A DNA stretch of 64,000 nucleotides from assembly GCA_964457625.1 (NCBI GenBank), contig CAYWES010000001.1, positions 17,725 through 81,724 of the forward strand, written 5' to 3'. Origin of the DNA: an uncultured Candidatus Saccharibacteria bacterium. GTDB taxonomy: Bacteria > Patescibacteriota > Minisyncoccia > Phycocordibacterales > UBA1550. The notes below the pieces were generated by a model. The model worked only from the letters and a program-made list of their open reading frames with translations, ran no database searches and was not told the origin of the DNA. Positions 1-7,916 of the stretch are shown here, in pieces. The first letter of the stretch is position 1, and each line of letters starts with the position of its first letter. The position numbers and the translations under genes are program-made.

Positions 1-136
1 GTATTATTCTTGTCGCGTTTATTCTTGTTAAATTTATTCTCTATACCTTCCTCAACACCGAATATTACAATTTTGTACAATTTCTTTTTGCTTTCTAAGT
101 TGCGGAAAGGGGAGAGGAGTGTATACTTAAAGATAT

Positions 137-535
137 ATGAAACGATTTATTGCAAGCATAGTTTTTTTAACAGCGCTTATTCTTCCCGGGGCGACGCTTG
201 TGTATGCACAGCCGTCGGGTGGAACTACGAGAGAAGTGGTACTCCAGGATGGAACAAGGAGAACAGTCACCACACTTAAAAACCCCATCCAATACGACAC
301 CTTTCCAAAGTTTGTCTCTGCGGTGATTAAGGCAGTCAATCGTATACTCATGCCGTTTATCGTGCTTGCGTTTATTTGGACGGGATTCCTCTTTGTCCGC
401 GCGCAAGGGAAAGAAGAGGATCTGACGACCGCAAAAAAATCTCTCTATTGGAGCGTTGCAGGCGCGTTCATTCTTCTCGCGGCGGAAGGATTCTCAAATA
501 TTATTGCTACCACAGTGAAGACCATTGCAGGGTAA
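137..535 (+). CDS. small secreted/membrane protein, paralog 1 of 4 (TrbC/VirB2-like pilin topology, tentative)
   Basis: ATG at 137; N-terminal signal-like MKRFIASIVFLTALILPGATLVYAQ; two hydrophobic helices separated by a charged loop (RAQGKEEDLTTAKK); shares architecture with the next three ORFs. Confidence 0.6.
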   Translation: MKRFIASIVFLTALILPGATLVYAQPSGGTTREVVLQDGTRRTVTTLKNPIQYDTFPKFVSAVIKAVNRILMPFIVLAFIWTGFLFVRAQGKEEDLTTAKKSLYWSVAGAFILLAAEGFSNIIATTVKTIAG

Positions 536-544
536 TTTTCAACT

Positions 545-850
545 ATGACATTAAATACACTTGTCCTCTGGGTTTTGCAGATGATTGTTCAGCCTCTCGC
601 GTGGATTATTATTACCCTCGCAGCGGTCTTTTTCATGTGGAATATCTTCAAGATTATCGCAAACAGGGACAGCGCCGAGGCTCTCACGAAGCTTAAAACA
701 CAAACATTCTGGGGAGTGATTGCCCTCTTCGTAATGACCTCCGTATGGGGGCTTGTGGCATGGCTTACCAATACTTTTTTGGGGACTGCGCCGTTTATTC
801 CTCAGCTTGAGACAAATCCACAGAGGATTGATAATGTGCTCATGCGGTAG
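545..850 (+). CDS. small two-TM membrane protein, paralog 2 of 4
   Basis: 101 aa; TM1 ...FFMWNIFKII, charged loop NRDSAEALTKLK, TM2 with MTSVWGLVAWLTNT motif near-identical to paralog 3. Confidence 0.6.
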   Translation: MTLNTLVLWVLQMIVQPLAWIIITLAAVFFMWNIFKIIANRDSAEALTKLKTQTFWGVIALFVMTSVWGLVAWLTNTFLGTAPFIPQLETNPQRIDNVLMR

Positions 851-963
851 GGAATCGAGGGAGACACCTTGCGCTCTGCGGGCGCTTTGCTACAATAGAG
901 TGAAGCTTCATGGGCTTAGAAATGGGTATCGTTAATAGCATTTATTTATATAAGTTAAGAATT

Positions 964-1335
964 ATGAAAAAAATTATTGTAGGATTTGCTCTTTTGGCAA
1001 CACCGGTCGCGGTATTCGCGCAAAATCTTCGCGTAGGAACAGGTCAAGATTTAGGCGCCTTGATAACATTCTTCCAGGCGGTGCTCAGTGCGGCAACAAT
1101 GCTTATCATTGCCGCTGCGGTGGTGTGGTTTTTGTATGGAGTACTTATGTTTGTGGGTGCAAAAGATTCAGAAGCCCGTGATGAAGGGCGCAACAAAATC
1201 ATTGCTGGTATTATCGGTATCGCGGTAATGACCTCCGTATGGGGACTTGTTCGTTGGGTTACTAACACCGCTGGTACGGGAAGCGCGGGAGCTCCTACGG
1301 TAAACCCAGGGCAGCTTCTTCCTGGAGGTTTCTAA
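964..1335 (+). CDS. small two-TM membrane protein, paralog 3 of 4 (signal peptide MKKIIVGFALLATPVAVFAQ)
   Basis: ATG 964 gives a classical signal peptide; the ORF track's alternative start at 910 would add an 18-aa extension. Loop KDSEARDEGRNK; TM2 MTSVWGLVRWVTNT. Confidence 0.6.
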   Translation: MKKIIVGFALLATPVAVFAQNLRVGTGQDLGALITFFQAVLSAATMLIIAAAVVWFLYGVLMFVGAKDSEARDEGRNKIIAGIIGIAVMTSVWGLVRWVTNTAGTGSAGAPTVNPGQLLPGGF

Positions 1336-1363
1336 GTCATAAAATATTATTTCTTAATATACT

Positions 1364-1624
1364 ATGGGGCTTGAACAGGCAGCAGGAGATACCATCGCAG
1401 TCATCAATAGGGAGATTTTGAATCCCCTTATTTTGCTTCTCTTTGGTGCTGCGATAGTGTATTTCTTGTGGGGATTGATGGTCTTTATCAGAAATCAAGA
1501 CAATGAAGAAGCGCAGGGGGATGGGCGCCGACATATGTTTTGGGGTGTAGTGGGAATATTTCTCATGATGGCGGTGGGAGGAATACTCAATGTGCTGACA
1601 AACCTCGCAAGCCAGATCCGATAA
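1364..1624 (+). CDS. small two-TM membrane protein, paralog 4 of 4
   Basis: 86 aa; FLWGLMVFIRNQDNEEAQGDGRRHMFWGVVGIFLMMAV follows the same helix-charged loop-helix pattern. Confidence 0.55.
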   Translation: MGLEQAAGDTIAVINREILNPLILLLFGAAIVYFLWGLMVFIRNQDNEEAQGDGRRHMFWGVVGIFLMMAVGGILNVLTNLASQIR

Positions 1625-1661
1625 GAAAACCTCCGCTGACCTCTAAAATCTAAAAGAAAAA

Positions 1662-1693
1662 ATCGCTCGCTTGGTATATGCCAAGCGAGCGAT
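1662..1693. terminator. rho-independent terminator (bidirectional hairpin)
   Basis: 13-bp perfect stem ATCGCTCGCTTGG/CCAAGCGAGCGAT with 6-nt loop, A-run upstream and TGTGGTTTT downstream. Confidence 0.7.
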
Positions 1694-1708
1694 TGTGGTT
1701 TTCCTAGA

Positions 1709-2334
1709 CTAAGAGATCGGCTTGAACCGCACAGTGACCCATGAGTCGGGCTTTCCAGCCCCGGGTTCAAACCTTGTACGGGCATCCATTACCCATACTT
1801 GTTTGAACGGTTCGTTGTTGCCACACTTGAACCGTGATGTTTTCTGGCCGTCCTCTACAATGATATTAATCGTCGGAGAGTAGCAGTCTACAAACTCCAC
1901 CATACATCCCACGGGAAGTGAGATATATGCATCGGGCGTTCGCTTCTTGCTTGCGGGAAGCTGCTGAATTCCGCATTTTGGCTGTGGTGCCATCGCTTGT
2001 TGTGGGGGAGCGGTAATCTCTCTCACTACGGGTAATACTACCCCGTATATGATAAAGAGTCCTATTCCCACAACGACTCCCACCGCGATGATGGGCTCAA
2101 CCATTTTGGACACCTTGTCCTTTATAGCCCTACTTCCTTTTTTGAAGAGGAGGATGACCCCCCAGATCAAAAACGGAACAATAATGTACCACCACGACCA
2201 CCAATCAGGTGATTCGAGGTTGACGTTCTTTGCCGCCCACCATATTCCTGTGGTGAAAAGGGCCGGGACAATAATTATAACAGCTATGAACCATCTCCAG
2301 GGGAATGACTTTCGCGCTTTTTCTGTGTTCATTC
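1709..2334 (-). CDS. membrane protein with C-terminal soluble domain (possible NfeD-like partner of the SPFH protein)
   Basis: ATG at the complement of 2332-2334, preceded by AAGAGGAATTAAGA (RBS); 3 predicted TM helices then a beta-rich C-terminus; immediately downstream of the SPFH gene on the same strand. Confidence 0.5.
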
Positions 2335-2476
2335 TTAATTCCTCTTGTTTGTGAAAAAACAAATTGAGTTGATTCTTTTGAATCAACCTACCTCTCTTAA
2401 TTGTATCATATTTAGTACAAAAAGTCAAATAAAAACCCCCTGAAAGACTCGCGTCTTTCAGGGGGCTGAAACCAAA

Positions 2477-3642
2477 TCAGTTCTTTTTGTTTTGATTAAC
2501 CAAAATTTCGATTTGGTCTGCCAAAGCATTTTGTCCTTGTTTGATTTGGTCTACGAGGGCAATCTGTCCTTTGGGGATTTCTTTATTATCCCCGAGAACA
2601 TAGACGGCCTTTCCTTGTACACCGGCAACTCGAGCAACTTCCTCTCGGATTGCAAGCTCGGCAACATCGGCGTACTTGTGGAGTTGCTCCATCTTGAGCC
2701 GAGTTGCTTCTGCGGAAGCTTTTCCAACTACTTCAATGGCTTGCGCACGACGCTCTTCATAAGCGAGGTGAGCATCACCTTCCTTTGTTTTCTCGAGGAT
2801 CTTTGCTTCACCATCGCGCTCAGCTCTTGCCTTTGCGGTAAGAGAGTCTTTTACTTCCTTGCTTCCACCAGTGAGTTCAACCCTCACGATGTTGGCATTT
2901 ACGACTTTGACCCCGAGTCTGCCGATGAAACCATCTCCCAATTCATTCCCATTGAACTCTTCTCCATTTTCGTCGGTGATGATAGTTTCAACGGTATCAT
3001 TAGGGTCTTCCTTGTTTATAAGTACAAGATCCTCGAAGTCCTTACCTTTTACGAAAGGATTCATGAGAGCCTTGATCTCCGCTTCCAAGCGGAGAAACCA
3101 GTCTTTGGTTTTGAAGAGGGCAATCCAAGGGAATATAATCCTTACATGAATCACGATGTCAATCGTGACCTCCAGGTTATCCCTTGTTTCAAAGTCGTCG
3201 CAGCGGACAACGTACGCAACTTCCTTTAAGAAAAAGAAGTTTGTAGGTTCCTTCCGTCGGACATACTCCGTTTTTATGCTTTCCCCTTCCTTTGTATCTC
3301 TCATTTCCGCCCAGGTAAAGGAGTCTTCCCTGATTTTGAAGGGGGGAAGCCCAACCCAGTGCACTCCCATGACTTCACGCTGAAAATCAAGATACGCACC
3401 TTGAGCCTCGGCTGACTCGGGAACTACTTGCCATTCTCCATGGATTTGCTTTATTGCGAATTTTGCGGACCCGCAAACAAATCCTTTGAATGCATTTTCC
3501 CGGACAATTACTTGCCCGGTATTTTCTTTCGGAGTAGTGAATAGCCATTCTCTCCTCGCGAGGAGGAGTGGGCCGTATACAAACAATAGTCCTGATAAGA
3601 CCATTGCTATAAGAGTTACAACAATAAGAGTAATAAGCATAA
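2477..3642 (-). CDS. SPFH/band-7 (stomatin/flotillin-like) domain protein
   Basis: ATG at the complement of 3640-3642 with GAGGAGG RBS; N-terminal TM; SPFH-like core and a long Ala/Glu/Lys-rich coiled-coil tail (AKARAERDGEAKILEKTKEG...). Confidence 0.8.
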
Positions 3643-3766
3643 TACACCTCCTCGGTGTTTTGGTTGTTGGATTGATTGCCAAAGATCAGCAATTTCTAAG
3701 GATGATTGTATCAAATTTTATCAAAAAAGTCAAGGTTCCTCGTATGGTACACTCTCAAGTACCCGC

Positions 3767-3851
3767 GAGTATGTGGCGGAATTGGTATACGCGTGCGTCT
3801 CAGAAGCGCATGGAGTAATCCTTGGGGGTTCAAGTCCCCCCATACTCACCA
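3767..3851 (+). tRNA. tRNA-Leu(CAG)
   Basis: Acceptor GAGTATG/CATACTC, anticodon loop CTCAGAA, long variable arm, T-arm GGGGG-TTCAAGT-CCCCC, discriminator A, encoded CCA. Confidence 0.85.
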
Positions 3852-3905
3852 AGGCACGCAAAGCCTGTTATATATTTCGCATTATTGATATAATACGTCT
3901 CATAT

Positions 3906-4619
3906 ATGATTGCACCGGAAAAACAAGGAGGACGAAAAGTTTCCATTGATGAGATTCGCGAGGGATGTATTGTTGTCACGGACAAGGATATGGTGGAGTC
4001 GCGTGTGTGTACTATCAACAACGAGTTTCGTCATGGAATGGAGATTGTAAAGGACATCAAACGCGGAGTGACGTTTTTTGGTTCCGCGCGTACGCCTATT
4101 GATTCACCGCTTTATCAGAAAGCGTATCGTCTCGCCAAGCGCATCAGCGAGGAGCTCGGCTACGCGATTATCACCGGGGGCGGTCCGGGAATCATGGGCG
4201 CGGGAAACCAAGGCGCGTATGAAGCGGGAGGGGAGTCTATCGGCTTTACCATCAAGCTTCCCATGGAGCAGACGACGAATCTCTTTATCACCAAAGAGAC
4301 GCCGTTTTATTATTTCTTTACCCGCAAGGTCGCGCTCTCATTTGCCGCTGATGCGTATGTGGTATTTCCCGGAGGGTACGGCACGCTTGATGAGCTTTCT
4401 GAAATCCTCACGCTCATACAAACAGGGAAGACCGAACGCGTGCCCATCATTCTCGTAGGTGTTGATTTTTGGCAGCCGTTTGTCGACTTTCTCAAGCACA
4501 AGGTGCTTGAAGAAGAGAAAGCCATCGATCCCGAGGACATGGATCTTTTTGTACTCACTGATGATGAAGAAAAAATCATGGAGATTCTCAAAAATACTCC
4601 TCCGCGCAGTAGGGTATAA
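3906..4619 (+). CDS. LOG family protein (cytokinin riboside 5'-monophosphate phosphoribohydrolase-like / TIGR00730)
   Basis: Motifs ITGGGPGIMGAGNQGA and PGGYGTLDEL. Confidence 0.85.
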   Translation: MIAPEKQGGRKVSIDEIREGCIVVTDKDMVESRVCTINNEFRHGMEIVKDIKRGVTFFGSARTPIDSPLYQKAYRLAKRISEELGYAIITGGGPGIMGAGNQGAYEAGGESIGFTIKLPMEQTTNLFITKETPFYYFFTRKVALSFAADAYVVFPGGYGTLDELSEILTLIQTGKTERVPIILVGVDFWQPFVDFLKHKVLEEEKAIDPEDMDLFVLTDDEEKIMEILKNTPPRSRV

Positions 4620-4630
4620 CATAAAGACAT

Positions 4631-4677
4631 AAAAAGAAAACTCCCCAATACTCAACGTACTGAGGAGTTTTCTTTTT
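4631..4677. terminator. rho-independent terminator hairpin
   Basis: GAAAACTCC...GGAGTTTTC 9-bp stem flanked by an A-run and TTTTT. Confidence 0.6.
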
Positions 4678-4680
4678 ATG

Positions 4681-4762
4681 TGCCGAGGAGAGGACTTGAA
4701 CCTCCATGGGTTACCCCGCTTGCTCCTAAGGCAAGTGCGTCTACCAATTTCGCCACCTCGGC
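4681..4762 (-). tRNA. tRNA-Leu(TAG)
   Basis: Reverse complement reads GCCGAGGTGGCGAAATTGGTAGACGCACTTGCCTTAGGAGCAAG...GGTTCAAGTCCTCTCCTCGGCA; anticodon loop CTTAGGA; long variable arm. Confidence 0.85.
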
Positions 4763-4823
4763 AGTATGTATTGCCCTGTTATACCATAAAGGGAAGGGGA
4801 CACAAAACGAGACAACCTTCTCT

Positions 4824-4857
4824 CAAACAAAAAAACACCCCAGTGTGAGCTAGGGTG
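4824..4857 (-). terminator. terminator hairpin overlapping the stop codon of the nucleotidase gene
   Basis: On the minus strand CACCC-UAG-CUCACACU-GGGUG followed by U7. Confidence 0.5.
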
Positions 4858-5434
4858 CTTCAAGTGTTTTTGCTATTCGAGTGATTTTTTCATAAAAATC
4901 ACTCCACGACGCAACACGTGTCGCGATACCCTCTTCTTTGATATGAGAATTGTATTCCCATGAAAAAAGAAAACGATGCGGTACGATGTCCATGAGCGGG
5001 ACGAGTTTGTCCAAGTCGTCATCAATGAACACGTCGAGCCCTTTTGAGGCATCTGCTTTTGAGACCTGACGTCCAACTCCCGTGAAGTTCAGATCAAGAC
5101 CGCGAAGAGCGGTCCACTCTTCCGCAATGGCGAGCATCACCTCGCTTCGCGAGGTGATGACCCTGACCTCGTGTCCTTCTTTGATAAGTCGAGGGAGGAA
5201 ATACAACATCCCGTCGACAGGTTCCATCTGGAGCGCTATATCGCGGTCTCCGTACACGAGTACTTGCACGGCACGGTATTGTTCGAGGGTTAGATATCCT
5301 TCTCCAACCGCAAGCTCTCGTTTGAACCTTTCAGGGGGGATAATGACGCCATATAAGTTCTTTGCCCATAAGCTTTTGAGCTTTAAACAATCGGCAATGA
5401 CACCATCAAAATCAAGACCAATATTGATTTTCAT
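4850..5434 (-). CDS. HAD-superfamily 5'(3')-deoxyribonucleotidase-like (NT5C family)
   Basis: N-terminal MKINIGLDFDGVIAD (DxDGV HAD motif I); GGAGG RBS upstream of the ATG at 5434. Confidence 0.75.
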   Translation of the reverse strand: MKINIGLDFDGVIADCLKLKSLWAKNLYGVIIPPERFKRELAVGEGYLTLEQYRAVQVLVYGDRDIALQMEPVDGMLYFLPRLIKEGHEVRVITSRSEVMLAIAEEWTALRGLDLNFTGVGRQVSKADASKGLDVFIDDDLDKLVPLMDIVPHRFLFSWEYNSHIKEEGIATRVASWSDFYEKITRIAKTLEAP

Positions 5435-5550
5435 AGGATATTCCTCCTAGGGGTGAGTTGAAAGCTATTCAAGGACTTCCTTCCTATGCATAGCATAAAA
5501 GGCTGGAAAGGGGAAATCTTGAAAAAGAGGGGTGGGGGAGAGAAAAGGGG

Positions 5551-5596
5551 CACCAAATCAAAAGCCCGTCATGTATGACGGGCTTTTGATTTGGTG
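5551..5596. repeat. 22-bp perfect palindrome (hairpin) abutting/overlapping the 3' CCA end of tRNA-Lys
   Basis: CACCAAATCAAAAGCCCGTCAT-GT-ATGACGGGCTTTTGATTTGGTG; the right arm includes the tRNA discriminator and CCA. Confidence 0.85.
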
Positions 5597-5667
5597 CCCC
5601 CGGTAGGACTCGAACCTACGACCATCTCGTTAAGAGCGAGCTGCTCTACCAACTGAGCTACGAAGGC
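5592..5667 (-). tRNA. tRNA-Lys(CTT)
   Basis: Reverse complement reads GCCTTCGTAGCTCAGTTGGTAGAGCAGCTCGCTCTTAACGAGATGGTCGTAGGTTCGAGTCCTACCGGGGGCACCA; anticodon loop CTCTTAA. Confidence 0.85.
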
Positions 5668-5768
5668 ATATCTTCATAAAGAAGGTATCACGATATTATA
5701 CATAAAAGAGCCGATTAGGGAATAGTGTCATCGTGAGTACACAATACTCTCCGCCCTGCTTATTCTAG

Positions 5769-5849
5769 TACCTGGAGTGGGACTCGAACCCACAAGCCTT
5801 GCGGCGGGAAATTTTAAGTCTCCTGTGTATACCATTCCACCATCCAGGC
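5769..5849 (-). tRNA. tRNA-Leu(TAA)
   Basis: Reverse complement reads GCCTGGATGGTGGAATGGTATACACAGGAGACTTAAAATTTCC...GTGGGTTCGAGTCCCACTCCAGGTA; anticodon loop CTTAAAA; long variable arm; no encoded CCA. Confidence 0.8.
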
Positions 5850-5904
5850 AAGGGAATACTATGTGACCACTCTAGCAGAAAAAAGGGGGCGGGGGAAGAT
5901 TGAG

Positions 5905-5941
5905 CCCAAAGCGGGTCGGGCTTTGCCCGACCCGCTTTGGG
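5905..5941. repeat. 17-bp perfect palindrome hairpin between tRNA-Leu(TAA) and tRNA-Cys
   Basis: CCCAAAGCGGGTCGGGC-TTT-GCCCGACCCGCTTTGGG, preceded by a G-rich run (GGGGGCGGGGG). Confidence 0.85.
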
Positions 5942-5959
5942 TTTACGGGAGTTTTCTTG

Positions 5960-6031
5960 AGGCGTGGGCGAGAATCGAACTCGCGTATAGAGGTTTTGCA
6001 AACGACTGCCTTACCACTTGGCCACCACGCC
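5960..6031 (-). tRNA. tRNA-Cys(GCA), with two central mismatches in the anticodon stem
   Basis: Reverse complement reads GGCGTGGTGGCCAAGTGGTAAGGCAGTCGTTTGCAAAACCTCTATACGCGAGTTCGATTCTCGCCCACGCC+U discriminator. Acceptor and T-arm are perfect and U73 is typical of tRNA-Cys. Anticodon stem GTCGT/ACCTC gives only 3 of 5 pairs. Confidence 0.55.
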
Positions 6032-6047
6032 TTATTGTTTTGTTATT

Positions 6048-6374
6048 CTACCCTTGAGAGAGTAGGTCGTCAATTCTTTGGCGATTGCGTTCTCCGAGAT
6101 CAAGCTTTACCTCAATGACGGGTGCCATACGCAAACGCCCTTCTTTGCTCAAGTATTCACGGAGATCAGTACGCTTGCGTCGCGCAAATTCAAGCGCGCG
6201 TTCCTCTTCGCTTGTGGGGATTGTGGTGAAGTAGATTGTCGCACGCTTGAAGTCAGGGGAGATTGTTGCGTCTGTCACAGTGATGAGAGAGTGAGGTCCT
6301 GACTCACGATTGAAAAACTCCGCTGCTTTCTCACGGAGCAATTCTCTCATTTTTTGTTGTCGTTCAGACACCAT
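6048..6374 (-). CDS. rbfA: ribosome-binding factor A
   Basis: 108 aa; position immediately downstream of infB; RbfA-like sequence (LITVTDATISPDFKRATIYFT). Confidence 0.85.
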   Translation of the reverse strand: MVSERQQKMRELLREKAAEFFNRESGPHSLITVTDATISPDFKRATIYFTTIPTSEEERALEFARRKRTDLREYLSKEGRLRMAPVIEVKLDLGERNRQRIDDLLSQG

Positions 6375-6380
6375 ATGTTC

Positions 6381-7901
6381 TTATACTTCTTGCATAACAA
6401 ACGCTTCAAGCACGTCGTTTGGTGCGATTTCTATCTTTGACTCAACCATGAGCCCGCATTCACTTCCTTCCTCTACTTTTTTTGTGGCAATTTTTGCTGT
6501 CTGAAGCTCGACAACCTTCCCGCGCCCAATCTCTGTTTCGCGACGCATAATGCGCACCTGAGCATCTTGTTCAAGGAGTCCCGAGACGACTTTTCCTCCA
6601 ATAACTTGTTTTGTCTTTGTCGCACTAAAGGTTTTGATAACCTTGAGCGTTCCCACGACGACTTCGCTCATTACCTTGGGCGTGCGCTCGACCAAGGTAC
6701 TATTGAGCCATTCGGAAAGATCATAGATAATATCAAACGTTTTGATGGTAACTTTTGACCGTTCTGCGATGTCGGCCGCACTTCGTTCAATTGGTGTGTG
6801 AAAGCCCACGATTATTGCTCCGGGAGACCCTGCGGCAAGCTTTGCGTCATTTTCTCCGATTGGTCCCACGCCACGTCCGATAATTTTAAAAGCAATACGC
6901 TCATGCTCTATTTTCCCAAGCTCTTTTTCAAGTGCTTCAAGCGTTCCTCCCACATCAGATTTGAGAAGAAGGGGGACAATGAGCGCGTCGGGTGCAAGGG
7001 GAGTCTTGCGTGAGGCGAGAATCTTTGCCTCTTCTTCAAGAAGAGAGATATTTTCCGCCTGTGCCGTCTCGGCTTCTTTTTTCGTCTCGTACATCTGCCA
7101 CGTTGCTCCCACGGGAGGGAGGGCATCAAAACCGGTGATTTGAACAGGAGAAGAAAAAGACGCTTCAGGGACTTGCTTTCCGAGGAAGTTTTCAATGGCA
7201 CGTACGGGGCTCATGCTTCCTTCCGACACAATGTATGCTCCCTTCTTGAGCGTACCGTTTTTAATGATAAGTGTTGCTGATGTCCCGCGACGCTTGTCTA
7301 TATGTGACTCAATAACAACCCCTGACGCAGGGAGTGTGGCATCTCCTGTGAAATTTTCCATCTCTGCGACAAGGAGCATCATGTCGAGAAGATCAGAAAC
7401 CCCTGTTCCTTCCTTTGCAGAGATGGGAACAAAAGCGACATCACCGCCGTAGCCCTCAAGGTAGATTTCGTTTTCCGCGAGGCTTTGTTTTGTGCGCTCA
7501 ATGTTTGCGCCCGGCTTATCGATTTTATTAATTGCTACGATATACGGAATCTCCGCTTCTATGATTGCGCGGTGGGCTTCCTTTGTCTGTTCTTTTACGC
7601 CATCTTCTGCCGATACGACAAGGATGGCAATGTCCGCAATGCGCGCACCGCGAGAACGCATTTTTGAAAACGCTTCATGTCCCGGGGTGTCGAGAAAGGT
7701 GATATGGTCTGCAAGCCCCGGCTTGGTTGTGTGGGGGACTTCATATGCTGAGAGATGCTGTGTGATACCCCCAGCTTCTTTGTCCACGATGTTCGTCTTG
7801 CGGATATAATCAAGGAGACTTGATTTCCCATGGTCGATATGGCCCATAACGACAACAATAGGCGCGCGCGGTTTGAATTTTTCGGGAGAGAGTGTAGTCA
7901 T
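6381..7901 (-). CDS. infB: translation initiation factor IF-2 (short form lacking N-terminal domains)
   Basis: G-domain motifs GHIDHGKSSLLD, DTPGHEAF, NKID; 506 aa. Confidence 0.95.
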   Translation of the reverse strand: MTTLSPEKFKPRAPIVVVMGHIDHGKSSLLDYIRKTNIVDKEAGGITQHLSAYEVPHTTKPGLADHITFLDTPGHEAFSKMRSRGARIADIAILVVSAEDGVKEQTKEAHRAIIEAEIPYIVAINKIDKPGANIERTKQSLAENEIYLEGYGGDVAFVPISAKEGTGVSDLLDMMLLVAEMENFTGDATLPASGVVIESHIDKRRGTSATLIIKNGTLKKGAYIVSEGSMSPVRAIENFLGKQVPEASFSSPVQITGFDALPPVGATWQMYETKKEAETAQAENISLLEEEAKILASRKTPLAPDALIVPLLLKSDVGGTLEALEKELGKIEHERIAFKIIGRGVGPIGENDAKLAAGSPGAIIVGFHTPIERSAADIAERSKVTIKTFDIIYDLSEWLNSTLVERTPKVMSEVVVGTLKVIKTFSATKTKQVIGGKVVSGLLEQDAQVRIMRRETEIGRGKVVELQTAKIATKKVEEGSECGLMVESKIEIAPNDVLEAFVMQEV

Positions 7902-7916
7902 GATAATAAAGAAAGG

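Noticed and set aside
5863-6118. ORFs 5863-6057 and 5900-6118 (+), 5765-6001 (-)
   Set aside because: They span tRNA-Cys, tRNA-Leu(TAA) and the 17-bp palindrome, so they are not protein coding.
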